A DNA stretch of 64,000 bases from Neophaeotheca triangularis (Eukaryota): assembly GCA_054600435.1 (NCBI GenBank), contig BAAIJX010000004.1:434001-498000 (forward strand), read 5' to 3'. Made by a program: the position numbers and the translations under genes. The notes beneath the pieces were generated by a model. That model saw only the letters and a list, made by a program, of their open reading frames with translations, was not told the origin of the DNA and ran no database searches. Positions 51,701 through 64,000 of this stretch are shown here, piece after piece. Within the stretch, counting starts at the first letter, position 1. Every line of letters starts with the position of its first letter.

Positions 51701-52272
51701 TCATACAGTCATGTGTAACGAATTCAACATTGATGGTGCGGTGTTTCATCGCTTAGAGTGATAGAGATGGTTCGGGGTACTAGGTACGATTTTCAACAAT
51801 CGATGAGTCTAAATAACAGTACTTCTCTGCTACTTTACAGGAGCAAAATCTCGTTTTTCCAATCCCTTGTCGTTCGGCTGTCTACATGCACCTCACGGGC
51901 CCTTTATTCTTGACTACGACGAGACCTCGGCCCGCTCGGAGGAAACGACCGCTGTGCTCGTCCTTGGGTCGAATGTTGTCGTGCGTTGGTGTGCGGAGGT
52001 GTTGGGATGGTAGAAGGCAATGAGGTCCTGATAGTCGACAAGTGGAGAAAGTCTGATGTTGGCCTTTACGGTGTGCTCGCCCTCGTTCTAATGAAAACTC
52101 GCGGTGCTTGGCTCTTTGCTAACGCAGCGAGCGCTTTGAGAATCGCGATGCCTTGCGTAGTTGTCGCCGTCTATCGGCATCCAAGATGTATGGGCACTGG
52201 AGCCGTTCCATCTCCTTGTTGACATCGCTCCTCTGTACCAGCACCTCTGAACTTGTCTTCTACGCCAAGCGC

Positions 52273-53280
52273 CTAGACCAACATCGAAAGCTCCGACTCT
52301 GAGTAGGGGCTGGCCTCAATATCCTCCCTGAGCATCCACCGCCCGTTCACTTCATTGCTGAACGCCACCTCCCAGTTCTCACCCTCGAATGTTGCCAAGC
52401 CTTTCGCTTCTTTGTAGAAGTGGTACAGCCGCACAGCCTCCGCCCGCAACCCATCCCGGACCTCGTCCACATGGTCGTCGTATCCGGCCCCTCCTGCCTT
52501 GAAAGTGCAGCAGCAACGCTCACAGTCCAGTCCGTCAGGCACATCAGAATCTTCGCTATCAAAGTGGTCCACGTAACACAAGCCATCACCCTTGACCTGG
52601 AGCATCTCCATGATCCGCTCAGGCGCCTGTTCCCTCTGCTGCGACATGCCATCTACGATCTTCTTGATGAGAAAGCCCAAGACGTGCGCGATGCGGCCAG
52701 CGAACTCCAAAGCGCCTCCTTCGTAATGGTAGTTCTGCCTCTTGCAGACGTCGCGGTGGAGGAGCGTGAGGGACTTCAAGTTCTTTACTTCGGCGAGCTT
52801 GCCAAGGGGACGGGCAAACAAGGTGGACATTGTAATACTATTGTCATGGAGCTCGACGCTTTTGAGAAAAGCACCGACAGATGGAAAGTCTTTGAAGAAT
52901 CTCACGATGCCGGGGCAGGTGAACGAGAAGGATCGGTCCCCGTACAAAACGGTGATGAACTCCTCGTACACCTGTTTGTTGAGGCGGAGCACTTGGACTT
53001 GATTGTCGCCATGGTTGCCAAATTCCCTCCAACGCCTCCAACACGGATTCGTCATGGAAACCCACTCGTGCAGCACGAGAAGGTCGTCGTAGATTTTGAG
53101 TCGAAGTTCGGCCGGAATGTTGAGGAAGTGAAGGTGGGAAGCTTGGTTGGCCACTCCGTCTGCGCTGAAGGAGGGAGTGCTCTCGCAGTTGGAGAAAGGA
53201 AGCTCGGCAAGCATCTCGCAGTCGGCAGAGTGAGTCTGCAAGGTTGTGCGATCTTCGAAACTGGTGTTGAGTTGGTCCAT
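52273..53280 (-). CDS. Hypothetical protein with an F-box-like (2EXR-type) motif
   Basis: HFLNIPAELRLKIY...VLRLNKQVYEEFITVLYG; ATG at 53280; 335 codons open. Confidence 0.7.
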   Translation of the reverse strand: MDQLNTSFEDRTTLQTHSADCEMLAELPFSNCESTPSFSADGVANQASHLHFLNIPAELRLKIYDDLLVLHEWVSMTNPCWRRWREFGNHGDNQVQVLRLNKQVYEEFITVLYGDRSFSFTCPGIVRFFKDFPSVGAFLKSVELHDNSITMSTLFARPLGKLAEVKNLKSLTLLHRDVCKRQNYHYEGGALEFAGRIAHVLGFLIKKIVDGMSQQREQAPERIMEMLQVKGDGLCYVDHFDSEDSDVPDGLDCERCCCTFKAGGAGYDDHVDEVRDGLRAEAVRLYHFYKEAKGLATFEGENWEVAFSNEVNGRWMLREDIEASPYSESELSMLV

Positions 53281-54427
53281 TGTGGGTGTCGCAGGAGCTC
53301 GTCGGTAAGTTGTAGGTAAATGGATTCGCAGACGGACTCGGGGTATGAGTGCGGTCCAGGCTGAAAAGCCTTGTCGGAGAGTCAAGGTAGGTTCAATCCC
53401 TTGAAGGGACTACGGACAAGTTGTTAGTAAGTAAGAAGTCGAACGCCGTGAAAACAGGGGCGAAGTTCTTGTCATAGATACAGATGCTGGGTCCGAGCGC
53501 CAGTCAGAAAGCATTCACCATTGGTTCCAAGCGAGCGCTCTCATTCACTGTTCAGCGCTGCTTCTCAAAGCCCTTGAGGGGCAGAAAGTCTTGCAGTGAC
53601 TTGATAGGTGTAGTGAGGTCAAACCCACGCTCCCTTTATTCCGACACTACTCCCTAGCCGTCGCTGCCCCGCGTAGGAAAGAAATAAGAGTCTATATGTT
53701 TGAAACTACGCCCATTACCATGGCTAATTCTCCAACGTCGCCACGTAGTGAGTGAGTAAGGCGTGAGCAAGGGAGCGTGCAAGTCGGGTGTTTTCTTCAA
53801 CAGGTAGTCTTCCCCTGGGACTTCTATAATGAAGACGTATGTCTAACCGAGCTTGGATGTCTGAATATTGAAATGCAAGTCTTAATTTTTGACTTCCATG
53901 AGCTTGATCCCCTTACCGTCACTGCTAGCTTTGACGGTCCATGTTGGCAATCATGGATTGCTCACCGGGAAGCTTATGCGGAGCAGAAGCAAAGGGTTTT
54001 ATTTTGGGTCACGAGAAGGGAACGATACCACTCCTTCATTCGCCATTCGCGGAATACTAGCTTGGTGCGGCAAGCGCTCAGATCAGTGCCGAAGCAGGAC
54101 CAAGTTACAGTAGGATTCCAGGTTGTTGAAAGCCTTGATCGGTGCGGAGAGTCTGATGTGACTCCATAGATGATCTGCTCTAACGACAGGACAGCTCAGC
54201 ATCGAATTACGAACCCTTTTGCCGGCCTTCTTGGTCTGATAGGATATCGGACGTATCGTGTATAATACATATACTCTAAATACATATGTTACATATAATA
54301 CAATCTGTCTGCTTGTGCGCCAAAGGGTCCCCTGCGCAGACAAGACCACCGCGGGCGGCTGATCCGTACTCGTAGTCGCTCCTTCCGAGACAACTTTCCC
54401 CAAGTCTTCTTCAGAATACCCCGGACT

Positions 54428-56648
54428 TCAAGTCAAATCGATAACATCTTGCTGAGGCTTTGGCGCAGGCGGGACAGGTGGCACAGCGACGACAGCTTCT
54501 GGGGCAGGGACGGTAGGCTTCGTCATGAAAGCGGCGGCTCGCAGGGCTCGGATTTTGTCGGCTGCGAAAGCCTCGCCAGGACGAGCACCCTCGTCAGGAA
54601 GAACGGGCGAAAGTGGCCGAGGTGGCTCACGGGCAGGGACTGCATTCGTGGTGGGCTCACTTGTGGCCAAGACGCTCATCCATTTGCGTCTCTCTTCTTC
54701 TATCGTCTTCATGATAGCATCTGCCGCTCGTGGGGACCAACGACGCTTGGAAGGCTCGGCCTGGGGGTTGCCGGGTGCTAAGCTTGCATTTGTTTCATTG
54801 ATGAGGCCTTGGTCAGGTCGACTGGCCGCCCTCGACATCGGAGCGAGCGAGTGGCTCTTTTGAAACGCGACCAAACTAGAGCCACTTTGCTCGTCCTCAC
54901 TATCCGACATGAGGTCGACGACCATGGATTCATGTTGCTGGAAAAGACCGGGTGGTGGTCGTGGTGGCAGGCGAAATCCAGGACGTGGTGGTGATGGAAA
55001 TCTCGATGGGACTTGTTTTGCGTTCTCCTTGGCTTTACCCTTCTTCTTGGGTTTTGGTTGTTCGTTTTCTGTCGCTGAAAGCTTTGATGCTTTCCTACCG
55101 CGCTTCGGGGCAGTAGAAGTTTGCTCAGCAATTGGCTCGTCCGTATCGCCGTTTTCCATCGGAGCTTCGGTCTCTCGTTGTCTCTTCGGTTTAGCGGCAG
55201 CGGGCGCGTCTGGCTCGCCACCCTCGTCAGGGTTCTCGGTCGGCTTTCGCTTCTTCCTTGCAGGAGGCGGTGGCGCAGAGACCGCACCTTCGGGAAGACC
55301 GCATCTCAAGAAGCAGCTAAGTATCGTTGTCTCCACGTGAGCGGCAGGATCGTAATGAGACCCATCTTTACCGGCCCACAGAGACCAGTCTTCTCCCTCC
55401 GGTTCGCGGCTCAGGTCAATCTCGATGGCAGGGAGCGGGGCAAATGTGATCTTGGTTTCTGTCTGAGGCTGATCGTCTGGCTCGCCTTCAGTGGTCTTCT
55501 TCTTCCGGGTCCGCTTGAATTGGACATCGAAACGCATGTTCTTACTTTGTTGCTCCTCGGTGACGGCCTCGACCAGATTGCGGACAAGGAATATAGGTGC
55601 AACATGCTTCAGATAGCCTCGAGTCCCTAGCAAAAACGGTCAGCTCGGGCACCACATAGGGAACTCATCGCAGCTTCCAGGCATGGTTTGACTCACACAT
55701 GTTGAAGTTTTGCCGCAAGAGAACACGAAGCTTGGTTTGATCAATCCGTTGGTACCAGCCCTTGCGCAACCCTCGCAGATGCTGCAGTTGCCCGTCGGCG
55801 GACACTGCAGGATTGCGGTAACCCTCGAGCGCCTTGAAGTTCGGAAAATCCGGCGGGACGTAGACGCTGCCTCCACAAGATTTGAGTGCCTCTGCCAGTT
55901 GTACTCGCCACGCTGGTAGATCTCTTTGGCTTGCCTTTCTCAAGCTAGTAGCCACACCCATATGGGACATTGCGACCTTGCGGATTTTCTGGGGCCCGCA
56001 TCCAGGCAGACCCTTTGGATCATAGTCCCCTCCCGCGAGCACAGCAAAGAGCACCAGACTATCCACATCCATCATCGTTTTCTCGAGAATGTACTGTGCC
56101 GTGTAAACCTTGACTTGACCATCAATCCGCTTCGTACCAACTTTGTGCTGTTTGATCAGCGTAGTGCACCCAAACATCACTGTATCGCCATCATCTGACC
56201 AGACAGCGTCCACGACGTCCATCTTCTGCAATTTGGCGCACTCCGCCTCAGCTTCGCCAGGAGCATTGTGGTATGGGATCTTCAAATGCTGCAATACCTT
56301 CACTAGCAGCCGCGTCTCGTCATAGTCCAGTCTGCCTCCTCTTCTCGACCCGTCGCTCTCATACTTCCAGGGGTGCCTCATACCGTCGAAGACGAACAGT
56401 AGCTGGATGTTCATTCGCATGAGGGGAAGCGCTCGCCATAGTACCGTTTTCTCGATAGGGTTCGCGGCTGGTTCACCTTGGCGAATCTTTTCGACCTGGT
56501 CCGGAGTGAGGTTGTTGAACCTCCACCCTGCCTCGTCTACAGCGATCCTGAGTGGTCTTTTGTGCTGCTCGAAGAAGCGTGCGGCGTAATCAGCGATAGA
56601 CCAGATCTCGCCGTCGCCGAGTACATCCCACAGCCCGGGAATGCCCAT
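54428..56648 (-). CDS. YEN1: XPG/Rad2 family nuclease, Yen1/Gen1-like Holliday junction resolvase
   Basis: MGIPGLW, LRIAVD, FVFDG, APGEAEAECA, VWSDDGD and GGDY...GLPGCG (H2TH). Intron at 55627-55696. Disordered tail ending in a SIM-like VIDLT. Confidence 0.75.
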
Positions 56649-56977
56649 GGTGCGTGAACCTTATCGTGCACCTTCTCGAAGCTCGTCGCTGTAGACGACC
56701 TTTTTGGCGGGTGACAAAGTCACCAAGGCATGTTCACTGCATTCAGTGAGGTAGAGGAGGGCACTCGAGAGGCTGGAAGCGGAGGAAGCACGCGATGAGA
56801 ACGCGTGCTCACGTGACGATAAGATAGCAAAATAAACTACACGTCTGAGAACAAGCAGCACCTCGGCGGTGAGTTCTCGATGAGAGGTAGCAAGTTCGAT
56901 ACATACATAGTAACTGTCATCAATTGGTATCTCTATATACGCCTAATCAACGCCATCCGAATAAGTACAGCCCACGC

Positions 56978-59900
56978 TCACCAGTCCAGTCCAGAGCTTC
57001 CCCTTTCCCCACCAGCAAGAATGGCATTCGCCTTCCTATCACCCATACCTCCTTCCAGATGACTAGCCTGCAATCCTTTGCGGCCCTTCATCTCCTTCAG
57101 CTTCCTATCTAACCCCTCGAAAGGATCCGGTCCGCTCTCGTCCTTTTTGATCTTCCACTTTTCCGTGCCAAGCACGCTGTCCAATTCCTCAACCGGTGGC
57201 AGCTTGACGTAAACTAACCCATCATCACGCGTCTCCGCAGGGAATGTAGCGATGTTAACCGCCTCGTCGTTACCGCACTTGCCGGCTTCCTCCCCCTTGA
57301 GCTCGTAGTTGCGCTTGTGGTACGGACACGAGATCCACATCTTGTCGGTCTTCATGTCCTCGCCAATGAGTCCATCGGAGAGCACAAAGGCGCGCTTGTG
57401 AGGGCACATCTGCTGCGAGGCGTACATTTTGCCCTTGACCTTGAACAGGGCAAGCTGAGTGTCGCCGCGTTTGACTGCGAGCGAGGAACCAGTGGCCGAG
57501 TCGGCGAATTGGTCTGCTCGTGCGAGCGGTTGCCACGCCAAAATCGTCCATTTTGTGCCTCGGAAGTCCTCGGTGACGCTGTCTTTGGGCCAGTAAGCCG
57601 GGCGGCCTTGACCACGCTCCTCGACTTTTTCAATCGTCTCTTCGACGGTTTCGTCTGTGTTGCCGAATTGAGAAAAGAGCTTCATTTTCTCGGGCGACTT
57701 GAGAGTCTCGGTCCACTCGCAAAAGAATGAGCCTATCAAGTCCTCCATCTGCTGCTCCAGGTCCGCGGCAATGCCCAGCTTGTCTTCCAGGATGACTTCG
57801 CGCAGGTACTGGATACCACCAGGAAGGTTTTCGATCCATCGTGCTGTCCGTTGCAGCTTGTCGGCTGTCCTAATGTAGAAGGCAATGTACCGGTCGAGCA
57901 CGGGGATGACATCGTCGGGTGCCACATCCTTTGCTAGGAGCTCAGAATGTCTAGGCTTCGCACCTCCGTTACCGCCAACGAAGATGTTGAAGCCCTTTTC
58001 GGTAGCGATGAGACCAAAGTCTTTGTTTTGGGCCTCTGCACATTCGCGAACGCACTGATGCGATGTTAGCAATATGCAAATCATGATGCTGGGCATGTGA
58101 AGCAACTCACCCCTGAGACACCACCCTTGAACTTGTGAGGTGCGCGGATACTCTTGTACCGCTCCTCGAGTCGAACGGCCATTCCCACACTATCGCCAAT
58201 ACCGAAACGACACCATGTAGTACCGACGCACGACTTGACAGTTCGCAGCGATTTGGCGTAAGCATGGCCGGATTCCATACCACCATCAACCAACTCCTGC
58301 CAGATATGAGGCAGCTGGTGCTTCTTTGCACCGAACCTGGGTGGATGTCAGTATGTTGGAATAAGCTTTTTGAAGGATTGAAGTAGGAACGTACATATCA
58401 ATGCGCTGACCACCAGTGATTTTGCAGTAAAGGCCAAACTTCTTTGCAACCGTGCCAATGACGATGAGCTTTTCGGCGGTAATTTCACCACCAGAAACTC
58501 TGGGAACGACAGAGAAGGTACCGTTGCGCTGGATGTTTGCAAGGAAACGATCGTTAGTGTCTTGCAAACCCCTTTGCTCGGTATCCATGATGTGTCGGTT
58601 GAACAACGAGGCAGTGATGGAACCAATAGCTGGCTTGCAGGCCTCGCATCCAAGGGAGTCCGGCTCCTTGCCACACGCTTTCATGATCTCGGCAAACGTC
58701 TTGAGCTTCTTCACGTAGATGATGTTGAAGAGGTCCGCTCGCGAGTATTCGAAGTGGGGGCAGAGGTGGTTTTTGACTTCGTTACCCATGCTCTTCATGG
58801 TCTTGTTGAAGATTGTCGTCACTAGTGGCATACAGCCACCACATCCAGTACCAGCCTTGGTGCAAGACTTGACGTCGCCCAGCGATTTGCAGGTGCCGTC
58901 CTTGACAGACGTCTCGACTTGACCCTTGGAAACGTTGTGGCAGGAACAGATTTGCGTATCGTTGTCGAGGTCATCGGAGTTGTCGTCGCTCTTGCTGCCA
59001 ACGATAAACTCGCTTGGGGGCACTTCCAATGGTTTCTGATTCTTGACCATCGGGACGAGCTTGACGTAGTCGTTCGTATCGCCAATCATCATGCCACCAA
59101 GCAGGTACTTGCCGTCCTGGGTGAACAAGTACTTCTTGTAAACCTGCTGGAAAGGGTCCTTGTAAGTCAGTGCTTTCACATTGTCTTCGTCTTGGCCGCC
59201 TTCTTTTTTGCCGCCACGTCGTGCCGGTAGCTGCTTGGGCCCGTCGCGGTCAGCAAAGAAGTCGCCAAAGCTTGCAACTTCAACGCCGAGAAGCTTGAGC
59301 TTAGTGCTGAGATCTGGTCTCTTGAACTTGCGAGGCGTGTGCGATTTTGCTTGCGTGAGGTTGAAGGCCAGTACATCCGCCATCTCGATCCCCGGGGCAA
59401 TCAGCCCGAACGTCTGGTTCTCCCAGCTGGCACATTCACCAATGGCATATACACTTGGGTCCGAGGTCGACAGATCAGGATTGACGACAATCCCGCTACC
59501 TCTGTCCGCGCATGTGATCCCGCTTCTTTTGGCAAGCTCATCCCGTGCTTGAATGCCAATGGCGAAACACACACAAGTGCAATCCATGTATTCGCCATCC
59601 TCAAATGTCACGCCCTTCACGTTGTTGTCTGAATCCGTGTTGATGGAGCCCACTCTCTTGCTCAGCATCACATCCAGCCCAAGCGCTTGTACTTGATCAA
59701 CCACCATTGACCCGGCGTCGCCATCGAGTTGTCGACTAAGGACCCATCTATTCCGCTCAATCAAGTGGACTTTGGAAAACTCCTCGAGATCCATCATGGC
59801 CTTGGCCGCTTCTAAGCCAAGTAGTCCTCCTCCTACCACCGCGCCATGTGTGCCCTTTTTGCTCGAGGAGAAGTCGATAAGCTTCTGCAAGTCTTCGATC

Positions 59901-60398
59901 GTTCGGTAGACGAATACTCCATTGGCGTCATGGCCAGGAGTGTGTTTCGGTAGTACGGCGTCGGATCCTGTTGCGAGCACTAATACATCGTAAGGGACGG
60001 TTTGCCCCTGCGATGTCTCCACGGACTTGTTTTGGGTGTTGATCGATGTGACAAGCGTGTTGAGATGGTAGTTGAGGGAGCCTTCGGGCATTGAGGCGTA
60101 CCATGACGCTGGGTTGAGGTACATGTTTTCGACTTGTCGGTGTTGAAAAAAAGACGTCAATCCAACTCGATTGTAGGCAAGGTGTGGCTCCTCGCCTATG
60201 ACAATCACATCGTACTCTCTACGCTTTGCATCGAGCTTCATCAATTTCTCACTGCACATTGACATGTCAGCCATTGGGAAAATGCGTTTTGGTGTGCTCA
60301 AGAGCCACTCACATGAACGCAATACCAACCATACCCAGGCCCACTACTACTACCCTCTTCCTCCCGCTGTTCCTGGGCATCTCGTCGTTTTCTTCCAT
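56978..60398 (-). CDS. niiA: Assimilatory NAD(P)H nitrite reductase
   Basis: [35 protein letters not shown]...[26 protein letters not shown] (siroheme/4Fe-4S), and Rieske-like CPHK...CPYH. Introns at 60252-60312, 58337-58394 and 58055-58110. Confidence 0.97.
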
Positions 60399-61655
60399 CT
60401 TCTCGGCTTTACGAGAGGGAGTATCGGCCTACTGACTGTTTCGTGCGCTATTGTTGATTTTGCATGGAGTGCCGCTTGCGGAAGGATGAGAAATTGAATA
60501 GAAGAGGAGAACAGGTACGAAAGGAATGCAGTTGATGTTAAGAAAGTTAGATACCACCAATCGCTGTCGAGGCATTACGAATACCTACCACACCACTATC
60601 AAGCCAAGGACGGAGATGAACATTCTGCATCTCCAGAAAGCGTGCCAGACCATGCTGTAGTCAATCTCGCAGACTGGGTACGGAGAAGCAGCAATGCTGT
60701 GAATCTGGTGGGGTGAACCAGGCCACTAGAATGGCACAGAACGAATAACGACGTCGATAGTGCGCCTGTTGGTCAGCCGCAATTGTACAACAGCATCTCC
60801 GTGGCAGGAGTATCTCCAGATATAGAGGAAAGTGTTTGTGTCTCGTGGTTGGTTTGTTGTCAAGAGCTCGATGATAAGACATGCACACCTGCAGGTGGTC
60901 AAGAGATAGGAGATAGGGGGAATCCACTTCGCTCTCGCTTACGAAGCCAATCAAGAGCAAGAAGCCACGTGCCTCACCAAACGTTGCTTCGACCTCATGT
61001 CTTCCGCCGTTTCCAGCAGTATGAAAGCTGGCGTCCTGTCCTTGATACTTGGTACTTTATTCGTGAAAGATGCCATTCGCAATTCCAAAAGAGCACCTCG
61101 AATGGTCACCGTGGCCGTTGGCGTGCGAGAAAAGGCGACACTTTCCGTCGATTCGATTCTGACGCTCCAGTATGTGTTTCTCCGTAGGCGGAACCCACAC
61201 TCAACGCGCACCGCCACCTCATTGGCCGACCTTATCAGCGTGGTAGCATGCCAGCATCGCAGCACTCCACCACAGGACTTGTTCATATTGCCGAGATACC
61301 CTTATCTGCTATCGCTGCTGCAACCGGCCGGCATTCACTACTGCCAACCTCATGCGATGTGATTTGTATGACATTTCGTCGTGCATCTCCTCGCCATTCA
61401 GCGTTCACGCAAAAGGTAAGCAAGATGATAGCCAGTTCTGGCTCGATTTGCGTACCTCCGGCGGTGTTAGTCTCGAGCTCCAGGGAATATTCGTTCTTAT
61501 GAGTCGCCTTGAAACCGTGCGATTTGTCTTGCGGGACATTTGAGTAGGTAAACTCAAGGCTGCATTGCCCTTGTTTTAATTCGCTGGGTAGTTGCCTGAA
61601 TTTCGAAATAATATTTGCCCTGCACCTTCTTGTTACCCTGCACCCAAATCACAAA
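60399..61655. promoter_or_regulatory. Bidirectional niiA-niaD promoter with NirA and AreA (GATA) consensus sites
   Basis: CTCCGTGG at 60797-60804 matches the NirA consensus CTCCGHGG. HGATAR sites on either strand start at 60596, 60755, 60872, 60904, 60911, 61232, 61302, 61309 and 61426. Confidence 0.8.
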
Positions 61656-64000
61656 ATGACAGACTCACCACCAACATACGAAGAGTCTTCGCACTTGCGG
61701 AGAATACCCATGGATCTTCCGCCGTCTCCGCCAGACTCAGAGCACAGCGACAGCGAGAAATCGGGGGCTAGAGACCATTCGGACGCGCATAGAATCACTT
61801 TTCCGCTACCACAGCCTTCCAAGAAACCGGAATACGTCCTCGAGGCCGACAAGAAAACTCCTGACAGCTGGGTGAAGCGCGATGAGCGATTGATACGTTT
61901 GACAGGCGTCCATCCGTTCAACGTTGAAGCTCCGTTATCAGATCTTTACAACGAAGGATTTCTCACCTCTCCTGAATTGTTCTATGTGCGAAATCACGGC
62001 CCCGTTCCTCAGGTCAACAACGACGACATACCGAACTGGGAATTCTCAATCGAGGGACTGGTGGAGCACCCGATCAAACTGACTCTGCGTGATCTGCTTG
62101 CTCAATATGAGCAGATAACTTGCCCCGTCACATTTGTCTGCGCAGGCAATAGAAGGAAAGAGCAGAATGTTGTGCGAAAGACGAAGGGGTTCTCCTGGGG
62201 AGCAGCCGGCGTGTCGACGGCTCTATGGACAGGAGTCGACCTGTCAGAGGTATTGAGGAGAGCGAAACCTAAGCGCGGCGCCAGATATGTTTGCATGGTA
62301 CGTGAGTCAGCGGTGAGAATTGAGATGATGTATCAAATGTTGACGTTTTTTCTTAGGAAGGGGCTGACAAGCTGCCGAACGGGTACTACGGCACCTCCGT
62401 CAAGCTGAATTGGGCCATGGATCCGAATCGAGGCATGATGCTGGCCCACAAAATGAACGGCGAGATGCTTACGCCAGATCATGGCAAGCCATTGAGGGTG
62501 GTGATTCCCGGTCAAATCGGCGGCAGAAGTGTGAAGTGGATCAAGCGGATCATCCTCACCGACAAACCAAGCGACAACTGGTACCATATCTACGACAACC
62601 GAGTCTTGCCGACGACCGTCTCGCCCGAAGAGTCTGCTAATAACCCAAAGTGGTGGATGGATGAGCGCTATGCGATCTACGATCTAAGCACAAACTCGGC
62701 AACAGCCTATCCCGCGCACGAAGAGCAGCTTTGCCTTGTGGATACCAAACCAAAGTACCGCATCAAGGGTTATGCATATGGAGGCGGTGGAAGAAGAGTC
62801 ACTCGAGTCGAGATATCATTGGACAAGGGGAAATCATGGCGGCTGGGAAACATTGATTATGCCGAGGACCGGTATCGGGAAGCTGGCCCAGTGAATTTAT
62901 TTGGAGGCCGATTAGACATGGAGTGGCGCGAGAGCAGCTTCTGCTGGTGTTTCTGGAACCTCGATGTCGCTACGTCTGAGCTCGCAGACGCTAGCGACAT
63001 TCTTGTACGAGCAATGGACGAAAGCATGAACATCCAGCCACGAGATATGTACTGGAGTGTGCTCGGGATGATGAACAACCCCTGGTATCGAATAACGATC
63101 AGTCGCGAGGGCGATTATCTCCGCTTTGAGCATCCAACGCAGCCTGCACTCATGCCGGGAGGATGGATGGAGCGAGTCAAGAAGGCAGGTGGTAACCTGG
63201 CGAATGGCTACTGGGGTGAGCAAATCGGCGGTGAAGCGGCGCCAGAACCGGTCACTGAGGCTGCCGCTGAAATCCCGATGACTAGAGAAGGGTTGAAGAA
63301 CGTTATTTCCGTCGACGAAGTCCGCAAGCATGACAAGGAGACCGAACCCTGGTTTGTGGTCAATGGAGAGGTATACGATGGTACGCCGTTCCTTGAGAAG
63401 CATCCAGGCGGAGCGCAGAGCATCATTTCGGCCGCAGGACTTGACAGCACAGACGAATTCATGGCTATACGTAAGCAAAGCAATGCAAAGCGAGCAAAGC
63501 CTCGGCTAACAATTGCTGCAGATTCCGAAACCGCCAAAGCCATGATGGTAGACTACCATATCGGGTCTCTTGATGAAGCAGGTCGTGCAGCGCTCTCCGG
63601 GGAGGAGGAAGTGCAACCCGATCCATCCGCGCAGCCGTCACCGACGTTCCTCAACTCACGCTTCTGGAAGAAATCCGTGCTCCACAGCAAAAAAGTCGTC
63701 TCCGCCGATACAAGAATATTCACCTTCAAGCTGGAGAATGAGCCGCAAGCACTAGGTCTACCCACCGGACAGCATCTGATGATCCGTCTCCGGGACCCCG
63801 TGACCCGCGAAGCTATTATTCGCCCGTATACCCCCATCAGCGAAGGCAACAGACCAGGTTACATGGACGTCCTAGTCAAAGTCTACTTCGACACTCAAGA
63901 GCGCAAGGGCGGAAAGATGAGCCAAGCCATGGACTCCCTACCCACGGGGCATTTCGTCGAGTTCAAAGGACCCGTGGGCAAGTTTGAGTATCATGGATAC
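61656..64000 (+). CDS. niaD: Assimilatory nitrate reductase; 3' end runs off the window
   Basis: RLTGVHPFNVE, FYVRNHGPVP, VCAGNRRKE (Moco Cys), PDHGKPLR, GGRSVKW, GMMNNPW, cytochrome b5 HPGG, FAD-domain GLPTGQH and RPYTP. Introns at 62298-62356 and 63471-63521. Confidence 0.97.

Noticed and set aside
53700..54400. 130-aa ORF at 53777-54169 and a fragmented minus-strand frame
   Set aside because: GTG start, no recognisable family, no coherent splice pattern.

Overview
Gene-dense, intron-containing chromosomal DNA from a filamentous ascomycete. Gene families and short introns with CTRAC branch points point to Pezizomycotina; Dothideomycetes is my inference. I reconstructed 22 protein-coding genes by hand: AVL9 (cut by the left edge), HOG1 MAPK, a group III G-alpha, a ChsD-type chitin synthase, an Rrn5-like protein, IRC3, BST1, a macrodomain protein, a methyltransferase-like protein, a SWIM-RING protein, a secreted GH3, a pirin, EMW1/TTC27, an STL1-like sugar porter, eIF2-alpha, a Myb-like protein, BOS1, two F-box-like orphans flanking a small SET protein, a YEN1/GEN1-like nuclease, and the divergent niiA-niaD nitrate-assimilation pair (niaD cut by the right edge). 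There is also a GH3 pseudogene relic. I found no tRNA, rRNA, CRISPR array or intact transposon. The best leads are non-coding or isoform-level: a ~105-nt hairpin between HOG1 and G-alpha, possible alternative N- and C-termini of Hog1 by intron retention, a Gln/Asn-only uORF before nitrite reductase, a recurring intergenic TAGGTACCTA palindrome, and repeated abrupt C/A-rich to G/T-rich compositional switches near convergent gene ends. All are hypotheses, not demonstrated systems. Family assignments come from motif recognition; no searches were run.
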